Of a stretch of DNA of 54,457 nt, positions 1 to 13,076 are shown in pieces (position 1 is the stretch's first letter; every line of letters begins with the position of its first letter). The stretch spans positions 1-54,457 of the forward strand of contig JAHBMJ010000142.1 in NCBI GenBank assembly GCA_018398765.1, given 5' to 3'. A program made the position numbers and the translations under genes. The notes beneath the pieces are model-generated. The model made no database searches. It was not told the DNA's origin and saw nothing but the letters and a program-made list of their open reading frames with translations. This stretch comes from Chromera velia (Eukaryota).

Positions 1-53
<53 letters not shown>

Positions 54-202
54 CGCGCGCATGTGTGTGTGTGAGAGAGAGAGAATGAACGTGCGTGTGT
101 GTGGTAAATCCCTTTACCCTCCTTAGTATGGTATTTTTTGTTCGGTTTGGATTTTTCGTCTTGTTTTCTTTTCTTCCCTTTTTTACTGTTCTTTACTTGC
201 AG

Positions 203-325
203 ATTCCTGAGGGAGTTGCCGTCGGGTGTCGGGGCCGGATGATGGAGGAGGGTGACAATCTGGCACTTGCCACTCGGGCCTTCTGCAAAAGAGACGGCAG
301 AATCGTCCTCTGGAAGGAAGAGTAG
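203..325 (+). CDS. Probable terminal coding exon of a gene starting upstream of the window; product unknown
   Basis: Polypyrimidine tract and ttgcAG acceptor (201-202), then open frame IPEGVAVGCRGRMMEEGDNLALATRAFCKRDGRIVLWKEE to TAG. Confidence 0.5.
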   Translation: MPEGVAVGCRGRMMEEGDNLALATRAFCKRDGRIVLWKEE

Positions 326-898
326 CTCGACCTAGCTAAGAGGAGGGAGGAGAGGAGGGGGTGCTTTGAGTGGGAGTGGGCCTGCAGGGGTGGAACCGGG
401 ACAATGAGAGAGGGGCCGTGTAGGTTTCCATTTATCATACTAGTTATCATACTGCCAAACAAACAGCCCGCGATCTCTTGCAAGTTCGGAGTGAGGGGAC
501 AAGAGAGAGTCCGCAAGCATAACGATTGCAGAAACGAATCCGCTCGTATGCCCATCAGAACGGAGCTGCGTATGCCTTCGGACTCGCCCGGGAGTGACTT
601 CTTGGGCGACGTCTTACTCGCTGTCTATATGTTTTTGTATAACTATGTGGAAGACGAACAGGACTCGTGTTACAGGAGAGGTCATCCGAGTCATTAAAAA
701 ATAGATATGCCCAGAGATGTATGACATTGTATGTAACATCATCGATGTTATAGCTAGACTAAACTAGAGACTAAGCTAAATCTAGTTTTAATGTATGACT
801 AGTAGAGCTACTAGGTCTAACTAGAGGTCCCTTAGGAGATCCAATTTACCGTTTAAATTATAGCGTTAGCTATAGCGCCAATTAAATACATATATATT

Positions 899-1433
899 TA
901 CATAGTACGGTTAGGGGTTACTACTGGCTCCTTGTAGCTAGTGAATAAATAAATGAATGTAGCGAGTTACCGTCATTTTGGTAACCATGAGATGGTAACC
1001 AGCGGACTTAAAGGCGTGTACCACTACCATGGTAGTTCAAGGCAAAACTCTGGTAAAAACAGTTGCTAGACTCATTTTAAAGCCTGATCACTTAACTCAT
1101 TAACAGTTTAAAGCCCTGAAATGATCATACTCAAATAGTATATGCTATATATAGTGATATACTAGTTAGAGTGAGTTAGAGTTCAGTCATAAAAGGATGA
1201 ACATTGAGTTTTACTAGAATAAACTTTTGATGAATGTCAAAAATATGATTTTTACTAGTCTAAAATTGGTTTTATAAGTTAAGTTTGACTCAGAATATGG
1301 CCAAATCTGCCTGTTTTTAGCTACTACTACTACTATTGGAACACTATTACCATAACCACAAAATTGGTAACCGGGCGGCCTAGCGGCCGCCTAGTAACCG
1401 TCCTACATTCGTTACTCCTAACCGTACGATGTA
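899..1433. mobile_element. MITE-like non-autonomous DNA element with ~23-bp terminal inverted repeats
   Basis: Left end TACATAGTACGGTTAGGGGTTAC (899-921) and right end GTTACTCCTAACCGTACGATGTA (1411-1433) are reverse complements with 3 mismatches. Both ends abut (TA)n runs. Subterminal GAATGTAG/CTACATTC and repeated GGTAAC/GTTAC motifs; AT-rich non-coding interior. Confidence 0.6.
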
Positions 1434-4400
1434 TATATATTTAAATTAAAACTAGAATTAAAAACGTTTAAAAATTGTTTTAAGGCTTTAATTTGGTGTT
1501 TGGTTTCAAAACTATACAGCGCTTTCAGTTCTTCATGTTATAACAATGGTAAACCAATTTAACATGTATGAAATGTTATCTCTGGACGTAACTATAACCA
1601 AACTTACGGCGTCTTACGTATAGTATTTCTGGCCAGGTAAGACACACCTGACATAATTATATATTTTTGCCAGTCTGCGATTCTGATATATATTCTCACA
1701 TATCATAAATATGTTGATCCATCAAAAGTGATCCACTTGCATCTTAGCAGCATATCTATGGATGCGGAAGGTTTTTTAAATGAACGGCAGTGACGGCACG
1801 ACTGGTGAAATTCCAAAACAATCAAACATAATTGAGAAAGCAATTTGTACAAGAAAAGGTACTGCTGACAAGCTTGACCGCACTTCAATGCTTGACATTC
1901 CTTTTTTTCAAATCATGCATGCGTGTAGTAAGGAGCGACAAAACGGATCGAGGCTCCATGCATGCGTTATAGCAGTGACCTTCCCAGAATGCTGAATGTC
2001 AGCATCTCACTCCGGAGAGCCCCTTTGCCTTCCTCAGGCACTCCCCTTCATCCTCTTCCATTTGAAGCGTACGCTTGCGAGTCCCCTTTCTGGATCGTGA
2101 GGAGTGAGTGTGTCATAGTTTTTTCTTCGGACCTTCGCACCAAGTGCAGGCAGACGTCCTCGATCGGCGGTCACGCCAGCAGGCGATAGAGAGAGAAAAG
2201 CCGGGAAACATCGCGATATGCACGCACACGCACGAAGAAGTCAGGATCCGAGCTGTGAAGTAAAAATGGTCCGGCCCCCTGCCCGGCAGAGAGGGGCGAT
2301 CAGTCGATCTGCCTGCCTGCCTGCCGGTCTCTCTGGACCGATCGATCCCTCTCTTGACCTCTTTCAGGTTGACATCCAGGGCACGTCTCTTCTCTCTGTC
2401 ATGTACTCACGCAACAAACATGACACACATGCAAACCGAGTCAGGTTGACACACACACACACACACACTCACTCACTCACTCACTCTCACACAGACGTAC
2501 TTGCGCATGCATGAGAGAGAGCGGCGCTCAATTGAATTCTTTCTGGGGTTTCTCCGTTGCTCCCTGTCAGTCGACCAACCAGCCACATGACGAATTAACG
2601 AAGAAAATCACCCCAGCTTCCTTCCTTCCTGCAAGCGACGCCTTACGGAGGGCTTGCTAGTCTCTTGCCGGATCGCCGAACGAATGCATGAAATTAAGAA
2701 AGCATACTGAAACTTTTTCGGAAGGAAGAGCAGACTCTCCTTCTCCACCCCTTCCGTCGTCTTTGAGTGCATGAGCTTTCTTTTTTTTTGCCAAAACAAA
2801 GCCTTGCATGATGAACGTATCCGATCACGTCTGCATGCCATGCATGAATGCATGAATGCGTGTGCGTGCGGGGGTGGGTGGCGTGAGGACGTGAGGAAGA
2901 ATAAGGATGGATGGTAGATGGATGGATGGACTAACGGATTTAAACGGATGGAGGGATGGACGAATGAATCCTGAGGAGATATTGATTAAATGAATTGCCT
3001 GAATTAACGAAGAAGAGAAGAGAAGAGGTGAGGCGACGACCCAACAATTGGAAAGAACTGACAGGAAGAAGAAAGTAAACTTCCTTCCTGCCCGTGACGT
3101 GACTTTCCCCCTTCTGTTCTCTCTCTCCCCCTGCCTCCGTTCTCCTCTCTGCCAAAGCTTCCTCTAAATTCCCTCTTCGGGCCACACCCTCCCTCCCTCT
3201 CGGTAGGTCCCTCTCTCCCTCGGTGTCTGTGTGTGTCTGTGCCTAGCTGAGGGCCGACTCTTTCGACTCCTTTCCACTTCTTTCTCCGGCGCCTCAGGTC
3301 CGAGAGACTATTTATTTTACAACAAACAAACACACAACATGAGATAGAAGACACAGTTGGGAGCCCTGACTGCCAGCCAGCCAGCCTGTCAGCCGTGCAT
3401 GCCCTCTCTTCTCCCCACACACCCTGAATGCGCAAAAGGAACAGCTCCACCACCCCCACCTCCTCTCTTTTTTTCCTTCCCCCTTTCGATCAGAGAGAGA
3501 ATCCCTTTCCGGGACTGCTGGGTTTTTTTTTCTTTTTCTGCTTTGAAGAAGCCCTGAATCCGAACTTTCATCCCGCACCGACCCGCCACGCCGTGCACCG
3601 ATAGGGCTCTTCAAGACCCGCAGACAGACTATATGTTTCCCGCAGACAGACAGACAGACAGACAAAGGAAGCCAGGCAGGCAGGCTGACTGGATGAAGGA
3701 AAGTGGAGTGGAGTGGAGTGGAGTGAGCGATGCAGGAGATGTGCCAAGGTGCGAACCCTCCGACGCTGCAACTCCCTCCCTCCAAAGCTGAACAGGACAG
3801 GATTGGAACAGACTAAAAGTCACTCAATCAATCAATCATTCATTCATTCACTCACTCACACGAAGAAACAAATCACAGAATGTATCAATCCATCTGTCCG
3901 TCCCTCCGTGCATCGTCTCCTCTCGGACGCACACAACAAATTTCATTCAGGCAAGCAAATCCATCCACACGTGGAACAACGCAAAGAAAGAAAAGGTTTA
4001 TTCAACCTGCACCACCAAACACAGACAGACAGATGGATGGATGGATGGACTTCTTCCAGTCTTCTTCCAGATGGATGGACTGAGAGAGACGCCACTTTGT
4101 TTGTTCGTTTCACAAGAAAGAGAGAGAGAGAGAAAGGGAGAGAGGGAGAATTCGCCTTCTCACTTAATCCGCCAGCTCGTCTGTCTATTTTCTTACACGG
4201 CATCCTTTTGCTCNCCCGCCCCTCTCCTCTTCTGGGCTGAGTGATATGAAGGAAGGAAGGAAAGGAGGAAAGAAGAACTGCAGAGGGAAAGGCAGACAGG
4301 CAGCACGGTCGACTAGATTCTTCCGTCTGACTCTCTGCCTGTCGAGCACGCGCTCTGCCGGTGCGCGAGAGACACACAGAGAAACAGATAATGGAAACGA

Positions 4401-5662
4401 AAGCTCTTCCTCCCCTGCTTACCTCAAACAGAAGAGACGAGAGGAAAAAGAAGACAAAAGAGAGGACAAGAAAGAAAGCAACGCTTGATGATTGAAAGAA
4501 GAGCAACGGACAGAGTAGAGTGCAGACTGTGCGTGCACACCCCCTCAGACAAAGTGGGGGATCGATCGAGGCCGCAAGAAAAAACAAAACAAAACGCAGG
4601 ACAAAAAGAAGCAAGAAATAAACGAACGGAGACAAAATGAAAGAGCGAACAAAGACAGGCAGGCCGGCCGACAGAAAGAAAGAAAACGAAAAAGAAAGAC
4701 AGGGAGCAGAGAGAAAGAGAACGAATGAACGAAGAAGAGAAAAAGAGACAGATAGACAAAATATGGAGCGAAGTCAGGCTGTGACCGAACGAAAAATACA
4801 CGCAAAAGAAAAAAAGTGAGAGGAAATTGCATGGATGCACATTCCTTGCTTCCTTTTCAGCGTAGAGAAAAAACGTCCGATCGTCCTTCCCATCTTTCTT
4901 CCCTAAAACAGACCGACCTCTGACCTTCAAAATCATCCGTTCACCCATGCATCTGACGACACGAAGGATTCGATTCCTTCCTCCACACGTCTACTTCATT
5001 TCTTCTTCTTCCTTTCTGTCTTTGCTGCATTTTCTTTCGATCATCCGTTGACCCCCCTTCTGCGGTGTAGGGTCCTTCCCGTGGCGACAGAGAGAGAGAA
5101 GAGAGACAGAGCGGAAAGAGGGAGTGTGCGAAGCTCGATCGTCCCTCCCCGCAAGAGGGAGCGGCAGAGCAGAGAAGAGATCATGCAATGAATGAAGGAG
5201 TCCGTACACTTCCTTCCGTCCTCCATTTCTTCTTTCCCCCATTCCTCCTTTCTTTCCTTCCTGCCTTCCTTGCTTTCTTCTTTTATTCACTCATTCGTTC
5301 GTTCGTGCAGTCACCCACCCAACCACCCACCAACCCGTCCGTCTGCTAGCATCGCATCCAAAAATTGATTCATTTATTCCTTGACAGAGAGAGAGAGAGA
5401 GAGAGAGAGAGGCAGGCAGGCAGGCAGACTCACGAATCATCATGAGTCGTTGGAAGAAAGAGACAAACAAACAAACAAGCCAAGCAGCAAAGAGGCAAAG
5501 AAGGAATTGGGGAGGACGGGAAGGGAGGAATTGCGGAAGAAAGTGAAGTCGGGAAAGACATATGAAATGAAAAACCGAAGACCATTCACATCAACTTCCC
5601 CCCGAATCTTAGTTCTAACTTCCCTCCGCTCACTAGCTGCCGGACTATTGCAATTTTCCAAT

Positions 5663-7042
5663 TCACTTCAGGATCTGGGACCCCGGACTCAGCCGAGCGA
5701 TTTTATCCTCCACCAGACTCAGAGCCTCTGCAGTTGCGGTTTCAGTCCCGATCAGCGAAAGAAGCCGGAAGAGAACGCGCTGACGTCTCACCCGCACTGC
5801 AGCAGAAGCAGAAGCAGAAGCAGCTGTGCAGTCACGAGGGCCCTCCCCTGCTGCACTGCCCCCACCGGCCCTCCCCTCTGAGGCCACGCTCCCTTCATCC
5901 CCCCGATCGCCAGAACCGGCTGTAGAGGCTGAAGCTGAACCCGACCCAGAAGCGGAAGCCGGGGGATTCACGGGAGGAAATCCGTACCCGTCACCCGCCG
6001 CCTCTGCCTCCTCGTTGGGGTGCAGACGGAGGGAGAGGCCGTCTGTGTCGCCGCCAGGCTGCAGACAGACAGACAGACAGACAGGCACGCAGGCAGGTAG
6101 ACAGGGAGGGAGGGTGTGTTCGTTGAAGGTCGGTATGCATACTAACTACGTCACATGAATGAATGAGTATGGCTCTACGTGCATATGTGATGTGTGCAGG
6201 TGGGTGGGTGGATCTGGGAGCACCCAGAAAGATCTTTAGCGGGCCGAAAATAGATGCACATCGAAGGAGAGGAAGAAGAAAGCAGACAGGTGTGAGAGGA
6301 AGAGGGGGGGACACAAGAAAGGGAAGCAAAATGACTGCAAGAGAGAAAGAAGCTCAGTGAAGTTAGCTGCCTTATTGAAGAGAGAGACAAGCAGAGAGAG
6401 AGAGAGGGGGNGGGGGGGAAGAAGAGATCCCTCCGTCTACCTGCCGATCATTTTTCCCATGCCTCTCAATTGAATTGTTTGTCGCGCTGTCACCCCTCTT
6501 CCTCTCTCGCACCCTTCCAAAGTCTCTTGCATTCTCTAAAAACCATCAGCTTACTCACAGCAGAATCAATGAAGATGTTTCAAAACGCCCAAAGGAAGAG
6601 AGAGAGGAAATAAATCCATTCATCTCTCCAAAAAGGCTGACAAAAAAAGAGGACACCAACCGAACTCAACTCACCAAAGGGCCCCCATCCTCTGCCCTCC
6701 CAACGGGGTTGCCTTCAGGAATGGGAATGTCCCTCTCGAAACGGGTACTCGGGTCCCCCACAGAAACCACCGCACCGCTCAGCAGCTGCAACTCGGCAAC
6801 CTTCTTGCCCCCAGCGCCAATCAGCATCGACACCAGCTCGTCAGGTATCGCCACTTGTTTCCTGCATGATCGCACACGCGCAAGCAAGCAAGCAAAACGA
6901 ACGGTCTCACTCCAATCTTTGTTTCTTTTTGTCTGTCTGTCTTTCTTTCTTCCTTCCTTCCTTCCTTCCTTTCTTTCTTTCTTTCTGTCTATCGGTCTGT
7001 CGGTCTGTCTGTCTTTCTTTCTGTCTGTCTGTCTGTCTGTCG

Positions 7043-7076
<34 letters not shown>

Positions 7077-10000
7077 TTGTTTCTGTCTGTCTTTCTTTCT
7101 TACTTTCTTTCTTTCGTTCTGTCTTTCTTTCTTTCTTTCTTTCTTTCTCTCTCTCTCTCTCTGTCTGCCTGTCTGTCTTTCTTTCTGTCTGTCGGTCTGT
7201 CTGTCTGTCTGACTTTCTTTCTTTCTTTCTTTCTTTTTCTCTGTGTAGACAGACACTGGATGATGCACTCTCACACGCAGGCGCCCTCACGCAGTCTGCT
7301 TCTGGTTTCGCTTGCACCGGACAGAGAGGGAGAGAGAAAGAGGCGTGTTCAGGAGAGGAGAAGAAGACGTGCATAACATGCTTCTGTTGTTCCCCCCCTT
7401 CTGTCTTACCAGAAAAGGCTTTTTTCTTAAATCAGATTTTTCTTTAAGTAAATGCACTCACCTCCCTCGCGCTTCTGTTGTTGCCCCCTTTCGTCTTATC
7501 AGAAAAGGCCTTTTTCCCATCAACATAGAACCCCCCCCCCCAGAAAAGTTCGCTTTGTGCACATTGCTTCCCTTTCTCCTTCCTGCAACCCCTTTGTCTG
7601 CAATCCCCAATAGACCGATGAGATCTCGCTGCTGGACGTCTTTCAATCCGCCCGTCTGTCTGGAAAATCAATTTCACACCACATAATTATCCGCAAGAAT
7701 CATCCTTGTAAATGTGTGTGTGTGTGTGGGGGGGGGGGGGGGGNNNNNNNNNNNNNNNNNNGGTGTCCGTCTGTCTGCATGTGTGTAAATGCATGCGTAT
7801 AGAATGTCATGTAAAAAACATGTACACACTAATTCGTCTGCCTGGTTGTGAACGGAGAGGCAGAGGTAAGAACACGTGACAGAGAAAGAGAGAGCGCAAA
7901 CAGACAAAGAAAGAAAGAAAAGAAAGAAAGAAAGAAAGAAAGAAAGAACGAAAGAAAGGAAGTGAAAGCGCAAACACTCACTCACTTGACAGGCCCGTTT
8001 GTTTCCAGGGCGTCCCAGGTGGAAAGTTTGTTGCGAAGGACCTTCACTCCCAAATCGCATGAGGCCAAATCACCAGCAGAGACAAGAACCTGAAGACATA
8101 CACAAATACATACATTGATTCATTTACATAGAGCATAGATCGCCAGCGGAGACAACAACCTGATTCAGAGAGAGAGAGAGAGATGTAAGCAATCAAGTAA
8201 ATGACTTATTCATTCATTTATTCGTTCGTTTATTCAAATGAAAGGACAGACAGACAGACTATATGTTTCTTCTTCTCACTTCTTTTCTTCATGAACACAA
8301 CAGACAGACAGACAGACAGACAGACAGGCAGACAGACAGACACACTACATCTTTCTTTCCTTTTCCTCATTCGCTTCATTGGCACAACAGGCAGCCTGGA
8401 TGACTTCTTCTTTTCTTACACACACACACATACATACATACATACATACATGCATACATACAGACATACATACATACATACAGACACACTACATCTTTCT
8501 TTCCTTTTCCTCATTCGCTTCATTGGCACAACAGGCAGCCTGGATGACTTCTTCTTTTCTTACACACACACACATACATACATACATGCATACAGACAGA
8601 CATACATACATACATACAGACAGACAGGTTGCCCATCCACGCGAGAAAACTTGTATTCATTGTTGAGACATCAATCTAACAACGAACCGACAGACAGACC
8701 TCTTTGAAGCCCCGATCGTCACTGCCGTCCCCAAAGCAGAACGTCGCTCCTGAATCATCGTTCATTCATTATCACGATGATCATTATCATTCTTTATCAA
8801 CATTATTGTTGCAGGGTCTGTAGGCCATCATCCTCAGTATTATTGTTTGGTCAGTACACCGTCATGCAATGCATGAGTCCAGGACACCATGATCATCATC
8901 ATTGACATCAAAGATAGCAAACGCAATTAAGAAGGAAGGAAGCGTGTGACGGATCTTTCAAATGCGAGCGACGGATCTTTCAAACAAAGCAAAACAAGTC
9001 GACGGCAAACCAGGCAGGCAGAAAGACATGAGGAGACAGGAAAACGGAGGACTGAAAAAGGTGGTTGTCAGGCAGCAGCAGAAAAAGGCGAAGGGCAACG
9101 GAGAAGAGAAAGACCCTCTTCCCTCTCTCTCTGTCTCTTTGAAAGGACGGTTTGCTCCCATGCACGGCTTTCTCACACCAAAGCACTCAGCCACCGCAAG
9201 AGAGCGGGAGACGGGGAGAGAGAGAGGGAGCAATCTACGATAAAGACAAAGAGCGGAAGGGCAATCAAGAGCAGCAGAGAGAAAGAGAAGACAAAGAGAT
9301 CACAAAAGAGGACTCACTCACCCACTCACTCGCTCACTCACTCACTCACTCATTCAGTGACACTCCACTCACTCCACTACCTCACAAACCCACTCACTCA
9401 CTCACTCACTCACTCAGTGACACTCCACTCACTCCACTACCTCACAAATCCACTCACTCACTCACCTGAGAACTCCCCGAGGTCTCTCAGACAGCCCCCG
9501 TTGTTGCCACTCAGCCTCGGACGCCTATGAGCCGGCACGAGTACCGAGTGGGTGTGTTTGCTCTCTCTCTCTCTCTCCTCCTGTCCCCGGCCACCTGCGG
9601 CTGGTGAGCTCTCAGACCCACGACCCGAGAGGGGCCTCACACTGTAACCTCCCACCGTCCTGCTGGCGGCAGTGGACGGAATATGGGGGGACGAACGGAA
9701 GGCAAAAGCCGCTGCTGCTGCTGCTGGTGGGTATTCTCTGTCTCTCTCCCTTTCCCTTTCCCTTCTGTTGTCCCAACCGGAAGAGCCCGATGGTGAAGAG
9801 GAAGAGGCGGCGTGCGGATGGGAGTACTGAGGAGGAGGGTGCGGGTAGTGAGGGTGGTCCCCTAACGGCCCCCCCCCTCCCCCTCTGCCCCCCACAGTTC
9901 CCGGAAGGCGTTGAGGGGGGAGCGATTTGGGGATGTGAGGAGAGTCATAGGGAGGTGTATCAGAAGGGTCTCCTCCTCCTCCTCCTCCGTGGATGGGAGA

Positions 10001-10339
10001 CGATTGGCTGTATGCCGCGTGGTGGCTGCTGTAGGAGACGTTTCTGTTCCCATTGCTCATCGTCACGCTGCTGTAGGAGGAAGAGGAGGCGCGGGTGTTG
10101 TCGGTTCTCTCTCCAGAACGGGAAAGAGACGGAGACGCAGATGGAATATGAGTGGGAGGATAGGCCGGCATGTGAGTGTGGTGAGGAGCATGCGGGCCCT
10201 CGTCTGATGTTTCATGTGCCGCCGCCTGTCGGGACAGAGCAAGAGACATTGCATACTCTCTGTCTCTGTTGGTCTGAGTCTCGGATGCGGTCGGAGTAGT
10301 CGGAGGCAGCAGACAGACGAGGGACTGGCAGGCCTCCAT
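5663..10339 (-). CDS. KH-domain RNA-binding protein (two KH domains, low-complexity N-terminus), ~602 aa, 6 exons
   Basis: Phase-consistent GT-AG exons 10339-9466, 8749-8700, 8089-7986, 7659-7462, 6861-6675, 6058-5663. KH1: THSVLVPAHRRPRLSGNNGGCLRDLGEFSGATFCF...VLVSAGDLASCDLGVKVL. KH2: KQVAIPDELVSMLIGAGGKKVAELQLLSGAVVSV...RLLSLIGTETATAEALSLVEDKI. Start (10339 or 10249) is uncertain, and a possible donor at 5666 means the 3' end may extend further. Confidence 0.75.
6930..7245. repeat. Compound intronic microsatellite (TCTG/TTTC/TTCC/TC), typical of many similar tracts in the window
   Basis: Directly visible simple repeats; they generate the spurious TDRQ/KERK/SFLP ORFs. Confidence 0.95.
8337..8625. 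repeat. Tandem duplication with 144-bp period in KH-gene intron 2
   Basis: CACACTACATCTTTCTTTCCTTTTCCTCATTCGCTTCATTGGCACAACAGGCAGCCTGGATGACTTC... starts at 8341 and again at 8485. Confidence 0.9.
9333..9464. repeat. Tandem duplication with 60-bp period next to the KH exon-1 donor
   Basis: CACTCCACTCACTCCACTACCTCACAAA at 9361 and 9421. Confidence 0.9.
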
Positions 10340-11049
10340 TTTCGCTCTCTTGTCTCCCCGAATACTCAAGGTCGTTCTGGGAGTCCCTACTCGGCTGTCT
10401 CTCAGGTTCTGCTGAGAAAAGAGGAGGGATGCCTTGGTGACTGACTCGACGAGGGCTGCATGGCTGCACTGCTGCAGCAGAGAGGCGACGATGGAAGGAA
10501 TTAGAAAGTCCAGCGGTACCTCCGAAGACAGACAGCTGCGGAGAACCGAGAGGACCGACGCCCGAAATCCTTCCACGACAACAACTGCAACACGAAGCAA
10601 AAGAAAAAAGAGGGAGAGGAAAGAACGAACAGATGAGATTAGACAGCAGAGAACAGGCACACACATACACACACAGACACAGAGAGAGAAACACACACGC
10701 ACGCACACACAGAGAGAGAGAGAGAGAAAGAGAGAGGGAGAGAGAGAAAGACACACACACACACACACAGAGAAGAGAGAGAGAGCGAGAGAGCGAGAGC
10801 GAGCGAGAGNNNNNNNNNNNNNNNNGGAGAAAGAGAGAGGGAGAGAGAGAAACAAAGAAGGGCAGGGAGGCACCGGAATCTTTTTTCGGGGAAATCTGTC
10901 AATCGCCCCCCTCAGAAAAGACATGCACGCGCATTCATTGAACTTTTTTTCTGCACACAACAGGGTCTGCCTTTCTCACTCCTTCCTTTCCCAGCCGTCT
11001 TTGCCTAACTTGACGCGCTCCTTTCCTCGACGGCATTTCTCTCTCAAAA

Positions 11050-11082
<33 letters not shown>

Positions 11083-12527
11083 GTGTGTGTCTGTGTGTGT
11101 GTGTGTGCGTGTGGTTGTGTGCGTGTGTATGCGTATGCGTGTGTGTGTCTGTGTGTGTCCCCGTCCGTGCGTGTGTGTGAGAGAGAACATGCGTGTGTGT
11201 GAGAGAAAATACGGAATTGAAAAAGAAGAGTCAGACCGACACCAGAGACTAGATGGAAAAGGAGGGGAGAGTCGAATGTTCTCTCGGCAGAGACGGGTGG
11301 GTACGACTTGACACCAGCATTTCTGTTCACACGCTCTTACGGACCGTATGCGTGCGGCAGTGATTCAAACCCTCCGACTTTGCAGGTCAAGCTGTGGCTC
11401 TGGCACATCCTCTCAATGGTCTGGACGTGATCCCCACTCCAAACGACCAACGCCACAGCACAGAACAGCCGATCCGCACCAGTCACGGCAGCTGAGTGCG
11501 GCGCAGGGGCGACAGGATAAGCGTGGGGGTGAAGAGCTTCTCGGTGCTCCACTAAATTCGCGTGCCCCACCCTCCCATTAAAGCTCCCCGATAGTGCTGC
11601 TGGCGGCACAGCTGCGGGGAGACCCGCGTTGACAGCTGTGGGGGGTGCCCAGGAACGAGCAGTTCCCTCCATTTGTTTGAATAAACCGACTGACAACGCC
11701 TGTGGACCGTCAGAGGGAAAACGCCAAAGGTTCTCTGAAACAATCAAAAGGAGGGCCAACACGCGCCCAAACAAAGACTCCGGAAGTGCCTACTGGTGAA
11801 AACATGAAACAGGCAAAAGCCCCAGTGCTGTACTTCAGCTGCCCGGATGGAACATGTAGTCTGCTGTCCTGACCTCCTGGAGTGATTCATACCTGGTGTT
11901 CCTGAGTCATCTGATCGAGATTCATGCAGCCAGCTCGAGTGTTTCAGAGTCGAGGGGCCGATGGTCAAAAGGTTGCATGGAACGGCCGGAGCTCAGTGTA
12001 TATATATCGAAAATTCAATTCATGGTCAGAAATTTTGAATGGCCCCGGAAAGCTCTCAAGGTAGCTACATGCATGGCTAAGATGACTTGGTGACTTGGGA
12101 TGGGATGGCTTTCCGGGACATGCAAACTCCCGCGCGGAAATGTCCCGGAAAGCGAACTCATCTGAGATCTGAGATTGCATGGGTACGTATATACAGTCTG
12201 TATATCTGTCTGCCTTTTTCAAGTATCAGGTCAGCTTTACAGATTCTGCTTGACAGAAGACACACGTGTGTGAGTTCTTGTACTCTCAGCCTGGTTTCCA
12301 ATCAAGAGGGTTTTCGTGCACTGCCCAAAAGACTTTGCGAGGCCGCAGGAGAAGTCGTCGAACAACAGGTTGCAACACATCCTGCCAAGTCTCTCTCTCT
12401 CTACCTGCCTACCTGCCTATCGACCCTCCTCAACTTCGTCGATCCCGTCTTCTGCAGGCCTATTCTGCTGCTTTGAAATCCCCTTCGAGGAAGTGCCGTA
12501 ACTCGGTACAGGGGAATTGAGAGGAAG

Positions 12528-13042
12528 ATGTTTGCGGAGCAGATCGAGGCGACGAAGAAGGGGCAACAGTCTGCCGCCGAAAAGGGCGATCTCTCCCAGT
12601 CTGCCGCTGATAACTACGGCCTCCCAGACTGCGCAGTTCCGAAATGGTCCGTCGGTCGGTCGGTTAATGAATGAGTCCGTGTGTCGAGGCAGACGGGGAT
12701 TATTCCTTTGCGATCTCCGGTCTATCCTCTCTACTGAGTTCCTTCATGGCTGTCTCCACTCCAAAGCGACGGGCCCTCTGGGATCTGCCACCTGTAGTTC
12801 TATCCGTTTGGCTTCCTTGCCCGTCTTCCTGTGCCCCTGTTCGGATGCGAGGCTCTTAATCCGTACCTCCCTGTCAGTTTGTCTTCCTTGCCTCTGCGCC
12901 ATCCTCTCTGTGTGATCGGGAGAGCATCTGCACGAAACAGTGGTCCTTCTCCCCTCCCCCCTCTCTCTCTGTGCGTGTGTGCATTCGTCTATGTATGTAT
13001 GCACGTATGCATCTCTCTCTCTCTCTCTCTCGCTCCCCCCCC

Positions 13043-13076
<34 letters not shown>

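Noticed and set aside
1960..4240. Further minus-strand coding exons of the KH gene (e.g. ORFs 3004-3459, 3312-3785)
   Set aside because: Possible, given some acceptor-like sites and R/G/E-rich frames, but I found no phase-consistent chain or recognisable domain.
11337..11774. 145-aa minus-strand ORF
   Set aside because: Non-ATG start, no domain, and it ends at a GTAAGA donor-like site. More likely a 5' UTR exon of the KH gene.
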